Below are positions 22,918-32,614 of a stretch of 64,000 nt of DNA, one piece after another. The position numbers and the translations under genes are program-made. Every line of letters starts with the position of its first letter. The first letter of the stretch is position 1. Source of the DNA: an uncultured Chthoniobacter sp. (lineage in GTDB: Bacteria; Verrucomicrobiota; Verrucomicrobiia; Chthoniobacterales; JACTMZ01). Under the pieces are notes generated by a model, which ran no database searches, was not told where the DNA came from, and was given only the letters and a program-made list of their open reading frames with translations. Location of the stretch: the NCBI GenBank assembly GCA_964609925.1, contig CAZSUJ010000005.1:9718-73717 (forward strand). The letters run 5' to 3'.

Positions 22918-23318
22918 AATCTCTCCTCCCCATCCGCATCCTCTACGCGGTCGCCGCCGTTTACGACGGCCTCCTCGGGCTGGCCTTCATCTTTGCCGCG
23001 CCCGCTGTCTTTGCCTTCGCCGGGGTAACTCCGCCCAACCACTGGGGCTATGTGCACTTCGCGGCGGGCACACTGGTCATTTTCGCCCTGATGTTCTTCC
23101 GGATAGCGCAGGATCCGGTCGGCCGATGCGGGCTGGTGATCTACGGCGTGTTGCTCAAGGCGTGCTACGTCGCAACGGTCGCTTGGCACGAATTCCACGG
23201 CGGTGTTCCTCCCGTGTGGAAGGTATTTGCCGCGTGCGACGCGGTGTTCCTCGTCCTGTTCCTCCTGAGCTTCGTGCGGCTCAAGGCCGACTCGGGTCTC
23301 AATCCACCGAGGACTTGA
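22914..23318 (+). CDS. small polytopic membrane protein (about 4 TM), hypothetical
   Basis: Its ATG overlaps the radical SAM stop (ATGA at 22914-22917). Hydrophobic helices ILYAVAAVYDGLLGLAFIFAAPAVFAF, FAAGTLVIFALMFF, LVIYGVLLKACYVATVAW and FAACDAVFLVLFLLSFV. Confidence 0.55.
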   Translation: MKSLLPIRILYAVAAVYDGLLGLAFIFAAPAVFAFAGVTPPNHWGYVHFAAGTLVIFALMFFRIAQDPVGRCGLVIYGVLLKACYVATVAWHEFHGGVPPVWKVFAACDAVFLVLFLLSFVRLKADSGLNPPRT

Positions 23319-25266
23319 TCCTGCGCCTGCCCGCTCCCGCCGCCAGCAGTCCCGCCAATCCCACCGCCACCGCCACGCTGGAGGGCTCGGGGATGGCCGT
23401 GATGGTGAAGATCGCGTTGGTCGAATCCCACGCGTAGGTGAAGCCGTTGTCGAAGGTGAACAAGCCCGGATTGGTGATACTGGCCGTGAGGTTCGAGCCG
23501 AAGATGAGGGTGTTGCCGAAGGCAAAATTGCTCACGGTGAGCAAGGAAGTCGGCGCGTAGGTGCCAAACCGCAGCGTGCCGCCTGCCCCGGCACCGAAGT
23601 CGAGGAAGGACGCGGCGGTGAGGTTCAGATTCCCGAAGGTCTCCGAAACCCCGGCCCCGCGTTCTATCGTGCCGCCCGAGAGTGTGATGTTCGCGGTGTC
23701 GGAGATCCGGTTGCTCTGGCCCACGAGTAGCTTGTTGCCGGTGTTGCCAGCGGCGCCCACGGTGATCTGTGTGGCGTTGAGCGTGCCCTGGACCACGAGC
23801 GTGTTGCCGTCCGACCCGGCGTTCCGCCCGATGTAAACCGCCTTCGATGCGTTGGTCACGGTGGCCGTGTTGCCCGCGGCGAGAGTCACGGAATTTGAAT
23901 CAGTCGTCTGCCCGATGATCCAGTCGTCGGCTGACTGGAAACTGAGGCCGGAAATCGTGCGGCTGGAGCTGCCTGCGTTCATGGTGGTGACGCTGCTCAC
24001 GCTGCCGCTGTAGGCTTTGCCCGAACTGGCCTCCGACCCATCGATCGGGGTGGCCCCGATGAGGAAGTTGTCACCGTCGAGGCTGACGGTGACGCCGAAC
24101 AAATCCCCTGCTACGCCATCCGAGGCGATGAGTTTCACGCTCTGGGTGTTGGTGCCGGTGAGGGTGTCGAGATTGCGAAAGATGTAGGCCGAACCCTGAT
24201 CGGCGTTGCTTCCGATGTCGTCCGCCCGCGCGCCAACCAAACCCGTGTTGCCGGAGATGCTGACGGAGTTGCCGAAGATGTCATCAGCCGCCCCGTCCGA
24301 GGCGACCAGCTTGGCGTTCTGGTTGACCGTGCCGGTGGCGGTGTCGAGGCTGCGGAAGACGTAGGCCGCGCCTTGGCTGGCATTGGTGCCGATGGTGTCC
24401 CCGCGTGCCCCGACCAGACCGATGCTGCCGGAGAGGCTGACGCCACCGCCGAAAAAGTCCGAGGCCGCTCCGTCGGAGGCGGTAAGCTTCACGTTCTGGT
24501 TAACCGTGCCGGTGGCGGTGTTGAGACCGCGGAAGACGTAGGCGGCTCCTTGGTCCGCATTGCTACCGACGTTGTGCCGGTGGGCCCCGATCAGGCCGAT
24601 GTTGCCGGAGAGGCTGATGCTCAAGCCGCCGAAAAAGTCTGAGGCCGCTCCGTCGGAGGCAACGAGTTTGGCATTCTGAGTGATGCTGCCAGTCGCCGTG
24701 TCCAAGCCGCGGAAAATGTAGGCCGAGCCTTGGTTGATGTTGCTGCCGATGACGTCGCGGGGCGCCCCGACGAGGCCGGCCGTGCCCGAAATGCTCACAC
24801 TCTCGCCGAACTGGTCGCCCGCGGCGCCGTCCGACGCGGTCAGCTTGGCATTCTGGGTGATGCTGCCGGTCGCCGTGTCCAGAGCACGGAAGATGTAGGC
24901 GGAGCCTTGGTCGGCGTTGCCGCCGATGTCATTGAGGTAGGCGCCGATGAGGCTCGTCGTGCCGGAGATGGAAACCCTCAGGCCGAACCCATCGTTCGCT
25001 GCGCCGTCGGAAGCGGTCAGCTTGGCATTCTGATTGACCGTGCCGGTGGCGGTGGATAGTCCGCGGAACAGATAGGCCGACCCCTGATTGGTGTTGCTAC
25101 CGATATCATCGAAGGGAGCTCCCACCACACCGGTGCCGCCTGAGATGCTGACGCCGATACCAAAGGCGTCACCGCTTGCGGCATCTGAGGCCGTCAGCGA
25201 AGCCCCGCGAAGTGTGGTTCCGCCGGCCAACAAGGCCGCCAACAAACAGAGATAGTCTTTTTTCAT
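23299..25266 (-). CDS. PEP-CTERM-anchored protein: seven FG-GAP-like propeller repeats + PATR-like beta strands
   Basis: Seven repeats of about 52 aa: [TV]ASDGAAxDxFG...VSxSG...GA...IG.N..QG.AYxFR.L.TATG. The C-terminus FTITAIPEPSSVAVAVGLAGLLAAGAGRRR has PEP, a TM helix and a basic tail. Start ATG at 25264-25266 (MKKDYLCLLAALLAGG). Confidence 0.8.
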   Translation of the reverse strand: MKKDYLCLLAALLAGGTTLRGASLTASDAASGDAFGIGVSISGGTGVVGAPFDDIGSNTNQGSAYLFRGLSTATGTVNQNAKLTASDGAANDGFGLRVSISGTTSLIGAYLNDIGGNADQGSAYIFRALDTATGSITQNAKLTASDGAAGDQFGESVSISGTAGLVGAPRDVIGSNINQGSAYIFRGLDTATGSITQNAKLVASDGAASDFFGGLSISLSGNIGLIGAHRHNVGSNADQGAAYVFRGLNTATGTVNQNVKLTASDGAASDFFGGGVSLSGSIGLVGARGDTIGTNASQGAAYVFRSLDTATGTVNQNAKLVASDGAADDIFGNSVSISGNTGLVGARADDIGSNADQGSAYIFRNLDTLTGTNTQSVKLIASDGVAGDLFGVTVSLDGDNFLIGATPIDGSEASSGKAYSGSVSSVTTMNAGSSSRTISGLSFQSADDWIIGQTTDSNSVTLAAGNTATVTNASKAVYIGRNAGSDGNTLVVQGTLNATQITVGAAGNTGNKLLVGQSNRISDTANITLSGGTIERGAGVSETFGNLNLTAASFLDFGAGAGGTLRFGTYAPTSLLTVSNFAFGNTLIFGSNLTASITNPGLFTFDNGFTYAWDSTNAIFTITAIPEPSSVAVAVGLAGLLAAGAGRRRIKSSVD

Positions 25267-25493
25267 CGGTGTGGAGTTATTGCTCTCCGGCACCGGGGGA
25301 CGCGCCTTGTGCGACGATTTGCCAACTATCGCGTAATGCGTCCAGAAAAAAGCTCCCGATGGCAAAGGGGTTGCGCATCCGTTTCGCGGCCGGCGCCATA
25401 GCCTGACGTGCGTGGCAATGCGTCGTTGGCCCGGTGTCCGCTGTCCCCCTTTTGGATGTGGCCATCCTCAGTCCGCGGCCTTAATCTTCGGGC

Positions 25494-25808
25494 ATGCCCA
25501 CAACGAAACGAAAGTCCACGGCGAAAAAATCCTCTTCTTCCGCACCGAAGAAAAAGCCGAAGGCGGGCAAGAAAGCCGCGGCGGCCAAGCCCGCGGCGGA
25601 CAGCCTCACCGAGCAGGCCTTGAAGTTTGTCGATGAAGCGGCCGCGCTCCTTCGCTCCGGGATTCGCGAAGGCGCCAAGACGACAGCCCACTCCCGCGCG
25701 GTGGCCAAGAAGAAAGCCCATCGGCTCTTGGACCAGGCATCGACGAATCTCTCGCAGGCCATCGAAGGCGGTGCCTCGGCGCTGCAGAAAATCCTGAAGA
25801 AGCTGTAA
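25494..25808 (+). CDS. small lysine/alanine-rich protein (104 aa), hypothetical
   Basis: ORF with an H1-like basic tail MPTTKRKSTAKKSSSSAPKKKPKAGKKAAAAKP followed by a helical Ala-rich part. No family recognised. Confidence 0.45.
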   Translation: MPTTKRKSTAKKSSSSAPKKKPKAGKKAAAAKPAADSLTEQALKFVDEAAALLRSGIREGAKTTAHSRAVAKKKAHRLLDQASTNLSQAIEGGASALQKILKKL

Positions 25809-25842
25809 CCGGGGACAGATCCCGCGCCACCGTCACGCCGGC

Positions 25843-27543
25843 TCAAAGCCCGCCGTGACGCCGCGTGGAGATGGCGTGGCGGATGCCCATCCACACGCCC
25901 CAGCCCAGACCGAGCACCCCGAACAGCGGGACGCCCCAGATCTTCGGCGGAATGTCCGCGAGCACGAGGATGGACGAGCAGATCAGGACAGCCGAGGTGA
26001 GGATGGCGTTGGAAAGGCGGTTGCTGATCGTGTCGAGCGTGGTGCGCAGGGGCTCGAATCCCTTCGGATCGATCTTGTGCTCCAGCGGAAGGCTGAGTTG
26101 GCCGCGCCGGAGGCGGTTCCAGAGGATGCGGAAGTCGCCGGGCAACTCCTCCAGAAAATCCACCGACGCCCCCGAGAGTTTCTGCAGGATCTGCAGGAGG
26201 CGCTGCGGACGGTATCGGTCGGCGATGAGCTTGATCGCATACGGCTTGCCGATCTGGACGAAGTTGAGGTCCGGGTTCAGCTCGCGTCCGATGGACTCGA
26301 CCTGGGAGAGCGCCTTGACCCCGAGATAAAAGCTGCCCTTCATCCGCAACCGCTGGCTGCGCAACAGCTCGAGCAGGCTGTTGAAGACGAGCGAGAGGTT
26401 GATCTGGGCCAGCGGTTTGTTGAGGTGCTTGTTCGTCAGTTCCTCGACATCGCGCAGCATCTTCGCGGTATCGACCGCCGTCCCGGCCTCCGACATCTCG
26501 ATGAGCGCACCCATGACCTGCCGGTTGTCCTGCTCGGCCAACCCGGCGATGAGATGGGCGACGCTCGAGCGGAACCCGAGGGCGAACTCCCCCATCATGC
26601 CGAAATCATAGACGCCCATGACCCCGCCCTTGAGCACGGTGAGGTTGCCGGGATGCGGGTCGGCGTGGAAGAAGCCGTGCTCGAGCACCTGTTCGAAGAT
26701 CAAGCTCGAGATGCTCTCGGACAGCGCGACAGGATCAATGTCGTGCTTCCGCAGAAGCGCGGGCTGGTTCACCGGATAGCCCGTGATGAACTCCATCGTT
26801 AGGACCTTCTTGCTGCTGAACTCGCGCAGGATCACCGGGACCTTGACCGCGGCGGAGCCCTCGAACTGCGCGCCGAAGCGCTCGGTGTTGTCGGCTTCGT
26901 TGGCGAAATCGAGTTCCTTGATGAGCGTATCCGAGAACTCCTTCACCACCGCCACAGGGTTCATCGAGGCCAAGTCCGGCACGTGCTTTTCCACGAGGCT
27001 GGCGAGGTGCAGGAGAATGGAAAGATCCCGCTCGATGAGCGGCTGGATGTCGGGGCGCTGGACCTTAACCGCCACGACCGCACCCTCCTTGGTGGTGGCG
27101 CGGTGAACCTGCGCGATCGAGGCACCCGCCAGCGGCTTCTCATCGAAAGTCTTGAAGGCCGCGGCCACGCTCATTCCGATTTCCTCGGCGAAGATCTTCT
27201 TCGCCTCCTTGCCAGGGAAGGTCGGGACGCTGTCCTGCAGCTTGCAGAGCTCCATCGAATACTCGTCGTTAACCAGATCGCGGCGGGAGCTCATGATCTG
27301 CCCGAACTTGATGAAGGTCGGGCCGAGTTCCTCCAATGCCAGCCGCAGGCGCTCCTCGGGCGGCTTGGAAAGGATCCCGGAATCGTGCGTGGCCAACTCG
27401 CCTCCCTCGATGCCCATGACCCGCTGCAGGAAGACCAACCGCAACACGTCGGCGAAGCCGTATTTGAAGAGCACCTTCATGATTTCGCTGTAGCGCGGCA
27501 GCTGCGCCGAGAACTCAAGGGCGGAATGAAGATGGCCGATCAT
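25843..27543 (-). CDS. ubiB: ABC1/UbiB-family atypical kinase
   Basis: Family motifs PLAGASIAQVHRA, VAVKVQRPDI and FFHADPHPGNL, plus C-terminal TM helices. Confidence 0.9.
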   Translation of the reverse strand: MIGHLHSALEFSAQLPRYSEIMKVLFKYGFADVLRLVFLQRVMGIEGGELATHDSGILSKPPEERLRLALEELGPTFIKFGQIMSSRRDLVNDEYSMELCKLQDSVPTFPGKEAKKIFAEEIGMSVAAAFKTFDEKPLAGASIAQVHRATTKEGAVVAVKVQRPDIQPLIERDLSILLHLASLVEKHVPDLASMNPVAVVKEFSDTLIKELDFANEADNTERFGAQFEGSAAVKVPVILREFSSKKVLTMEFITGYPVNQPALLRKHDIDPVALSESISSLIFEQVLEHGFFHADPHPGNLTVLKGGVMGVYDFGMMGEFALGFRSSVAHLIAGLAEQDNRQVMGALIEMSEAGTAVDTAKMLRDVEELTNKHLNKPLAQINLSLVFNSLLELLRSQRLRMKGSFYLGVKALSQVESIGRELNPDLNFVQIGKPYAIKLIADRYRPQRLLQILQKLSGASVDFLEELPGDFRILWNRLRRGQLSLPLEHKIDPKGFEPLRTTLDTISNRLSNAILTSAVLICSSILVLADIPPKIWGVPLFGVLGLGWGVWMGIRHAISTRRHGGL

Positions 27544-27800
27544 GCGATTGCCAACAGATAGCAGAACACAACCGAAGCAAGCCGAATCGAAGTCGCGCCG
27601 ACGCGCCGGGTAGGGTTTCTCCCCATGGCCAGCCGGGGCGGGTTGCGGAGAATGCGGTCATGGCCTGACCTCGAAAGCGGTGTAGATAAACAGTCCACCT
27701 ATCGCAGCAGCGGAGCATCGAGTCGGAAGAAGCTGCGACAAGCTGTGCGCCGGACCTTCAACTTTCATTTTCAACAATCCGGTTTCTTCTTTTTCGGTTA

Positions 27801-28892
27801 TCATGGTTTTTCGATCTTTATGGATTGGGCGGGCGTTGCACTTGATGCGTCCTCCGCAGAGACCTCGCGACCGGCGAGACTTTGAAGTTCGAGGACCTCG
27901 CGCCAGAGACTGATGAGGGCCTCGTTTCGCGTCTCCAGAGTTTCAAGCCAGCCCTGTTGGGATTCGAGGAAAAGGGCGATGGAAATTACGCCCTGACGGA
28001 ACTGGCGTTCGGCGAGGGCGGCGGTCTCGGCCATTGCGCGGAGGCGGTCTTCGGGCAGAGCTTCAACGACGGGGCGTAGGGCCGCAATCGCATCGAGCCG
28101 AAGGGCGATGGCCTCCTCGAGGGCGGCTCGGTCGTCGCGAGCGAGAGCGGCTCGGGTTTTCGCGGAGAGCGGGTCGCGCCCGCCGAGGCGCACAATGACT
28201 GGCGGGGGAAAATCGCTTTCGGAGGCGTAAATGGGTTCGAGCGGTGCCGTGGCGAGTGCAAGACCGGAAAGGCTGGCAACGTGGCGTTCGGCGATCATGT
28301 TGAGCACGGAAAGGACTGGCGATTTTTCTGCAATTGCTGCGGGCGCAAGCAACGCTTGAGTCTGCGGCGGGGTGGCGGGCAAGGCCGAGGCATCGATGGC
28401 ACCGAGTTTTTCGAGGCGGCGCACGATGGCGGGGAGAACAGCACGCGCAGTGGCGGCGGCGGCGTGGAAGCGCAGGGCGGCTCCGGCGAGGGTTTCCCTT
28501 TCGATTTGGTCGGGGGCTCCGCTGACGGGGCGCTCGGCAAGAAGTCGGAGAAGATTGTCGAGATTGGTCGCGAGCGTTGTTGCCGCTGCGGCCTGTTCGG
28601 TCGCTATGCCGAGTTCGAGACGTAGCAGAGTGATTTCGGCTTCGTTGGCTTCTCTCAGCAGAGGCACAAGCGCGGCGACAAGGGTTTTATCCTGATCGGC
28701 GATGGCGGCAGCGAGTTGCTCGGTGAAGCGGAAGCGAGGGAATATACCGGCGTAGGTGCCCGCCTCCTTCGGCGCAGCGATCCATTTTTCCACATAGGCA
28801 GAGGGTGAGATAGCGGTCGGCGGTTGGGCGGACAACGGCACCGCGAGGAGAAAAATGATCGTTGGCGGAAGGAGGTTGCGCATAAGTGACAA
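27801..28892 (-). CDS. short, divergent TolC/OMF-like outer-membrane factor (363 aa)
   Basis: Signal peptide MSLMRNLLPPTIIFLLAVPLSAQ. Long Ala-rich helical segments. C-terminal OMF-like ERQFRQGVISIALFLESQQGWLETLETRNEALISLWREVLELQSL. It is the last gene of the RND cluster. Confidence 0.55.
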   Translation of the reverse strand: MSLMRNLLPPTIIFLLAVPLSAQPPTAISPSAYVEKWIAAPKEAGTYAGIFPRFRFTEQLAAAIADQDKTLVAALVPLLREANEAEITLLRLELGIATEQAAAATTLATNLDNLLRLLAERPVSGAPDQIERETLAGAALRFHAAAATARAVLPAIVRRLEKLGAIDASALPATPPQTQALLAPAAIAEKSPVLSVLNMIAERHVASLSGLALATAPLEPIYASESDFPPPVIVRLGGRDPLSAKTRAALARDDRAALEEAIALRLDAIAALRPVVEALPEDRLRAMAETAALAERQFRQGVISIALFLESQQGWLETLETRNEALISLWREVLELQSLAGREVSAEDASSATPAQSIKIEKP

Positions 28893-28976
28893 ATTAGGTT
28901 GGTGAAGTCGAAGCAGGATCCGGAAACGGCTGCGGTGAACGCAAACGTTCGCCCGCAGCCGTCTGGACTCAGTGGG

Positions 28977-29435
28977 TTAATGTTCTTCGCAGGTGCAGGC
29001 GTATTCGCTCAGATTGCAGCCGCCGCAAACGTGCATCTCGTATTTTGCGCGCGTGTTGCTTGGCTTAGCATCGGGAGCACTACGCGTCTGCACAACAAGG
29101 ACGTAACCCTCCGGCTTGGGAAGGGCCTCGGTGGAGACGAACGCGTCGCCTTTGCTTTCGAGCTTGATCTCTTTGCGGCCTGAATCGAGTTGGGCGAAGA
29201 CCGCTGCTGTTCGGCTGCCAGGGGCGGTTGGTTTTTTCTCTGCGTCGAGGAAGGTGATAGTCACGATGCCTTCGGGACTGATCAGGAGTTCGGCTTGGTC
29301 GGGCGCGGTGCCGACGAGTCTGCCGCCGTTCGGACCGGGTTCGAGCTTTTCGGCTTGGGCCGGGGCGGTGGCGAGGAGGATTCCAGTGACAGCGGCGAGG
29401 AGTGCGCTGGTGATACGTTTAGGCGAGGACTTCAT
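28977..29435 (-). CDS. periplasmic protein with Cys/His-rich C-terminus; candidate metal-binding accessory of the RND pump
   Basis: Signal peptide ...LLATAPAQA|EK. The GPNGGRLVG...AELLISPEGIVTITFLD segment resembles N-terminal extension modules of CzcB-type adaptors. The tail is HVCGGCNLSEYACTCEEH. Its start overlaps the czcA 3' end by 17 nt. Confidence 0.6.
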   Translation of the reverse strand: MKSSPKRITSALLAAVTGILLATAPAQAEKLEPGPNGGRLVGTAPDQAELLISPEGIVTITFLDAEKKPTAPGSRTAAVFAQLDSGRKEIKLESKGDAFVSTEALPKPEGYVLVVQTRSAPDAKPSNTRAKYEMHVCGGCNLSEYACTCEEH

Positions 29436-32400
29436 GGGTATTGGTTCTTTCGGTTTGGTTAATGGTTGTCTTTCTATGCTTCTCCGCCAGTGCTTCCATC
29501 CAATCGTAGAGAATGGGGAGGAGGATGAGCGTGAGAAATGTGGACGTGAGCACGCCGCCGATGACGACGGTGGCCAGGGGCCGCTGCACCTCGGCTCCGG
29601 CTCCGGTGGCCACGGCCATCGGGAGGAAGCCGATGGCGGTCGTCAGTGCGGTCATCAGCTTGGGCCGCAGGCGGGTGAGTGTGCCGTCGATGACGGCTTG
29701 ACGCAGGCCGGTGCCCTCACGACGGAGTTGGTTGATGAAGCTAATGAGCATGATGCCGTTGAGCACGGCGATGCCGGAGAGGGCGATGAAGCCAATCCCG
29801 GCGGAAATCGTGAACGGCATGCCGCGCAACCAGAGGGCAAAAATGCCTCCGGTGACGGCAAGGGGCACGCACACGAAGATGAGTGCCGCCTGTCGCAACG
29901 AGCCGAAGCTCAGGAAGAGTAAGGCGAAGATGAGAGCGAGCGCCGCTGGCACGACGACCATCAAGCGTTCGCGGGCCTTGATCAGATTTTCGAACTGTCC
30001 TCCGAACTCGAAATAGTAGCCCGGTGGCAGCGGGAGTTGCTCCCGCAGCTTGGCGGTGGCCTCGCCGACGTATCCCTCGGTGTCTCGCCCACGGAGATTG
30101 ATGAGGATGGCGACGCGGCGCTGGTTGGATTCGCGGAAGATGGTTCCGATTTCATCGATGACTTTGACCTCGGCGACCTCGCCCAGCGTAATCAACCCGC
30201 CGCCCTCGACGCGGAGGGGAAGTTGGGAAAATCCGGCAACGCGGCGGCGCAAGTCCTCGGTGAGACGAACAACGATTTCGTATCGTCGATTGCCGTCGAT
30301 GATCTGGCCGGACGGCTCACCTCCGAGAGCGTAGGAGACGACGCGATTGATCTCATCGCCATGAATGCCATAGCGTTCGAGAGCTTTGCGTTTCGGCACG
30401 ACCTCAATCATGGGCTGACGTCCCATGGCCTCGAACTCGATGTCGCCGCCGCCGGGAATGGCGTTGAGGATGTCGCGGGCTTTCATGGCCAGCTCTTCCA
30501 GCTTCTGGAAATCATCGCCGAAGATTTTCAACGCGAGATCGGCCCTCGCTCCGGCCATGATTTCATTAAAGCGCATCTGAATTGGCTGAGTGAAGAGGAA
30601 CGCCTGTCCGGGAGCATTTTCGTTGAGGGCAGTCTGCATCAGGGCGATGAGGCGTTCCTTCGAGATTGGGCGTCCGTTTTCCTTGCGCCATTCTGAAGAC
30701 GGTTTGAGCATGACGTAAGTGTCGGCGACGTTCGGTCCCATCGGATCGGTAGCGATCTCTGCGGTGCCGATGCGGGCGAAAAGATGGGTAATCTCCGGGA
30801 ACTGCTCCCGCAAAATCCGCTCGGATTTTTTTTGCAATTCGACGGACGATTCGAGCCCAACGCTGGTGCTGCGAATCATCTGGATGGAAATGCTTCCCTC
30901 GTCGAGTTGAGGAATGAACTCGGCACCCAAGCGGGTGAAGACCCAAATCGAGGAGACGAAGAAAAGAATGGCGGCGACGACAACCGCCCAGCGGAAGCGC
31001 AGGGCAAATGCCAACAATGGCGTATAGACGGCCTTGCATCCATGCACGAGGAAGTTGTCCTTTTCCGCAATGTTGCCGCCGAGGAAGAACGAACAGAGGA
31101 CCGGCATGAGGGTCAGGGCAAGAATGAGTGCGCCGAGAAGGCAGAGCATGACGGCGATGGCCATGGGGGTGAACATTTTGCCTTCAATTCCTGTGAGGCT
31201 CAGGATTGGAATGTAGACCACGGTGATGATTAGCACGCCGAAGAACATCGGGTTGGCCACCTCTTTCGCGGAGCGAAGAACTTCGACCGAGCGCTCTCTT
31301 GCATTTAGGCGGCGACCTAACTCTTTTTGCTTCTCGGCAAGGTGGCGGACAATGTTTTCCACCATAACGATGGCACCGTCGATGATGAGTCCGAAGTCGA
31401 TGGCTCCCAGGCTCATGAGGTTGGCCGTCAACCCGGAGGAGGCCATGCCGGTAATAGCAAAAAGGAAGGCCAGCGGGATCGCCAGCGACACGATGAGGGC
31501 GGCCCGCCAATTTCCAAGCATCGCAAAGAGGACGACGGCGACGAGGATGGCTCCGTGGAAAAGGTTTTCCTCCACGGTCTTGATCGTTTTGTTAACGAGG
31601 ACGGCGCGGTCGTAGCCGTCGCGAATCTCGATGCCGGGCGGAAGTTTCGTTTGGATTTCCTCCAGGCGGTCGCGCACGGCCACGGCCACGAGTCGGCTGT
31701 TTTCGCCGGCCAGCATGATTGCCGCACCGAGCACGGCTTCTTCACCATCCTCGGTGGACGCGCCCGTGCGGAATGCGTGGCCGACGGACACTGCGGCCAC
31801 GTCGCCGACGAGGATGGGACGAACACCCCCGGCAAATCGGACGGGCAGTCGCGCGATTTCCTCGGTCGTTGCAACCCGCGTTTTGGAGCGAATGACGATT
31901 TGTTCGTTGCCAATCTCGACGAGCCCGCCGCCGACGTTTTCTGAGTTTGCGCGGACGACATCGGCGAGTTCCTCGAAACTGATGCCCGCGCTCATTAGCT
32001 TGGTGGGATCGGGGGCGACGACGATTTGCTTTTCAAACCCACCCGAGGTGTTAACCTCGGCCAGTCCTCGGGTGTTTCGCAACAGGGGTTTGATGGTGTA
32101 TTCCTGAATCAGCGAGAGTTCGAGCAACTGCTCGAAGGGATCGGCGGGCTTGTTGGGTGCGTTGTCGGCGTAGCCGACCACGTAGTAGTAAATCTCGCCG
32201 AGACCGGTGCTGATGGGCGCAAGCTGGGGGGCCATGCCATCGGGAAGTTCCTCACGGGCGTTGGTCAGGCGTTCCATCACAAGCTGCCTTGTGCGGAATA
32301 TGTCGGTACCATCCTCGAAAGTCATCGTGACCTGCGAAAGGCCGAACTTGGACAGTGAGCGGAGTTCGACCATGCGGGGCAGACCCGCCATGGCGCTCTC

Positions 32401-32607
32401 GATGGGAAAGGTGACTAGTCGCTCGATTTCCTCGGGAGCGAGGGCGGGCACGGCGGTATTCACCTGCACCTGAACATTGGTAATGTCGGGCACCGCGTCG
32501 ATGGAAAGGCGGAGGGCGGACCATATCCCGGCAACCACCAAGGCCAAGGTGGCGAGAAGCACCAGCACGCGCTGGCGCATAGAGAATTCGATGAGGCGTT
32601 CGAGCAT
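29419..32607 (-). CDS. czcA: heavy-metal efflux RND transporter, CzcA/CusA family
   Basis: MLERLIEFSMRQRVLVLLATLALVVAGIWS...IDAVPDITNVQVQVNT and 12-TM RND architecture. ATG at 32605-32607, 8 nt after the adaptor stop. Confidence 0.95.
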   Translation of the reverse strand: MLERLIEFSMRQRVLVLLATLALVVAGIWSALRLSIDAVPDITNVQVQVNTAVPALAPEEIERLVTFPIESAMAGLPRMVELRSLSKFGLSQVTMTFEDGTDIFRTRQLVMERLTNAREELPDGMAPQLAPISTGLGEIYYYVVGYADNAPNKPADPFEQLLELSLIQEYTIKPLLRNTRGLAEVNTSGGFEKQIVVAPDPTKLMSAGISFEELADVVRANSENVGGGLVEIGNEQIVIRSKTRVATTEEIARLPVRFAGGVRPILVGDVAAVSVGHAFRTGASTEDGEEAVLGAAIMLAGENSRLVAVAVRDRLEEIQTKLPPGIEIRDGYDRAVLVNKTIKTVEENLFHGAILVAVVLFAMLGNWRAALIVSLAIPLAFLFAITGMASSGLTANLMSLGAIDFGLIIDGAIVMVENIVRHLAEKQKELGRRLNARERSVEVLRSAKEVANPMFFGVLIITVVYIPILSLTGIEGKMFTPMAIAVMLCLLGALILALTLMPVLCSFFLGGNIAEKDNFLVHGCKAVYTPLLAFALRFRWAVVVAAILFFVSSIWVFTRLGAEFIPQLDEGSISIQMIRSTSVGLESSVELQKKSERILREQFPEITHLFARIGTAEIATDPMGPNVADTYVMLKPSSEWRKENGRPISKERLIALMQTALNENAPGQAFLFTQPIQMRFNEIMAGARADLALKIFGDDFQKLEELAMKARDILNAIPGGGDIEFEAMGRQPMIEVVPKRKALERYGIHGDEINRVVSYALGGEPSGQIIDGNRRYEIVVRLTEDLRRRVAGFSQLPLRVEGGGLITLGEVAEVKVIDEIGTIFRESNQRRVAILINLRGRDTEGYVGEATAKLREQLPLPPGYYFEFGGQFENLIKARERLMVVVPAALALIFALLFLSFGSLRQAALIFVCVPLAVTGGIFALWLRGMPFTISAGIGFIALSGIAVLNGIMLISFINQLRREGTGLRQAVIDGTLTRLRPKLMTALTTAIGFLPMAVATGAGAEVQRPLATVVIGGVLTSTFLTLILLPILYDWMEALAEKHRKTTINQTERTNTHEVLA

Positions 32608-32614
32608 AAGAATA

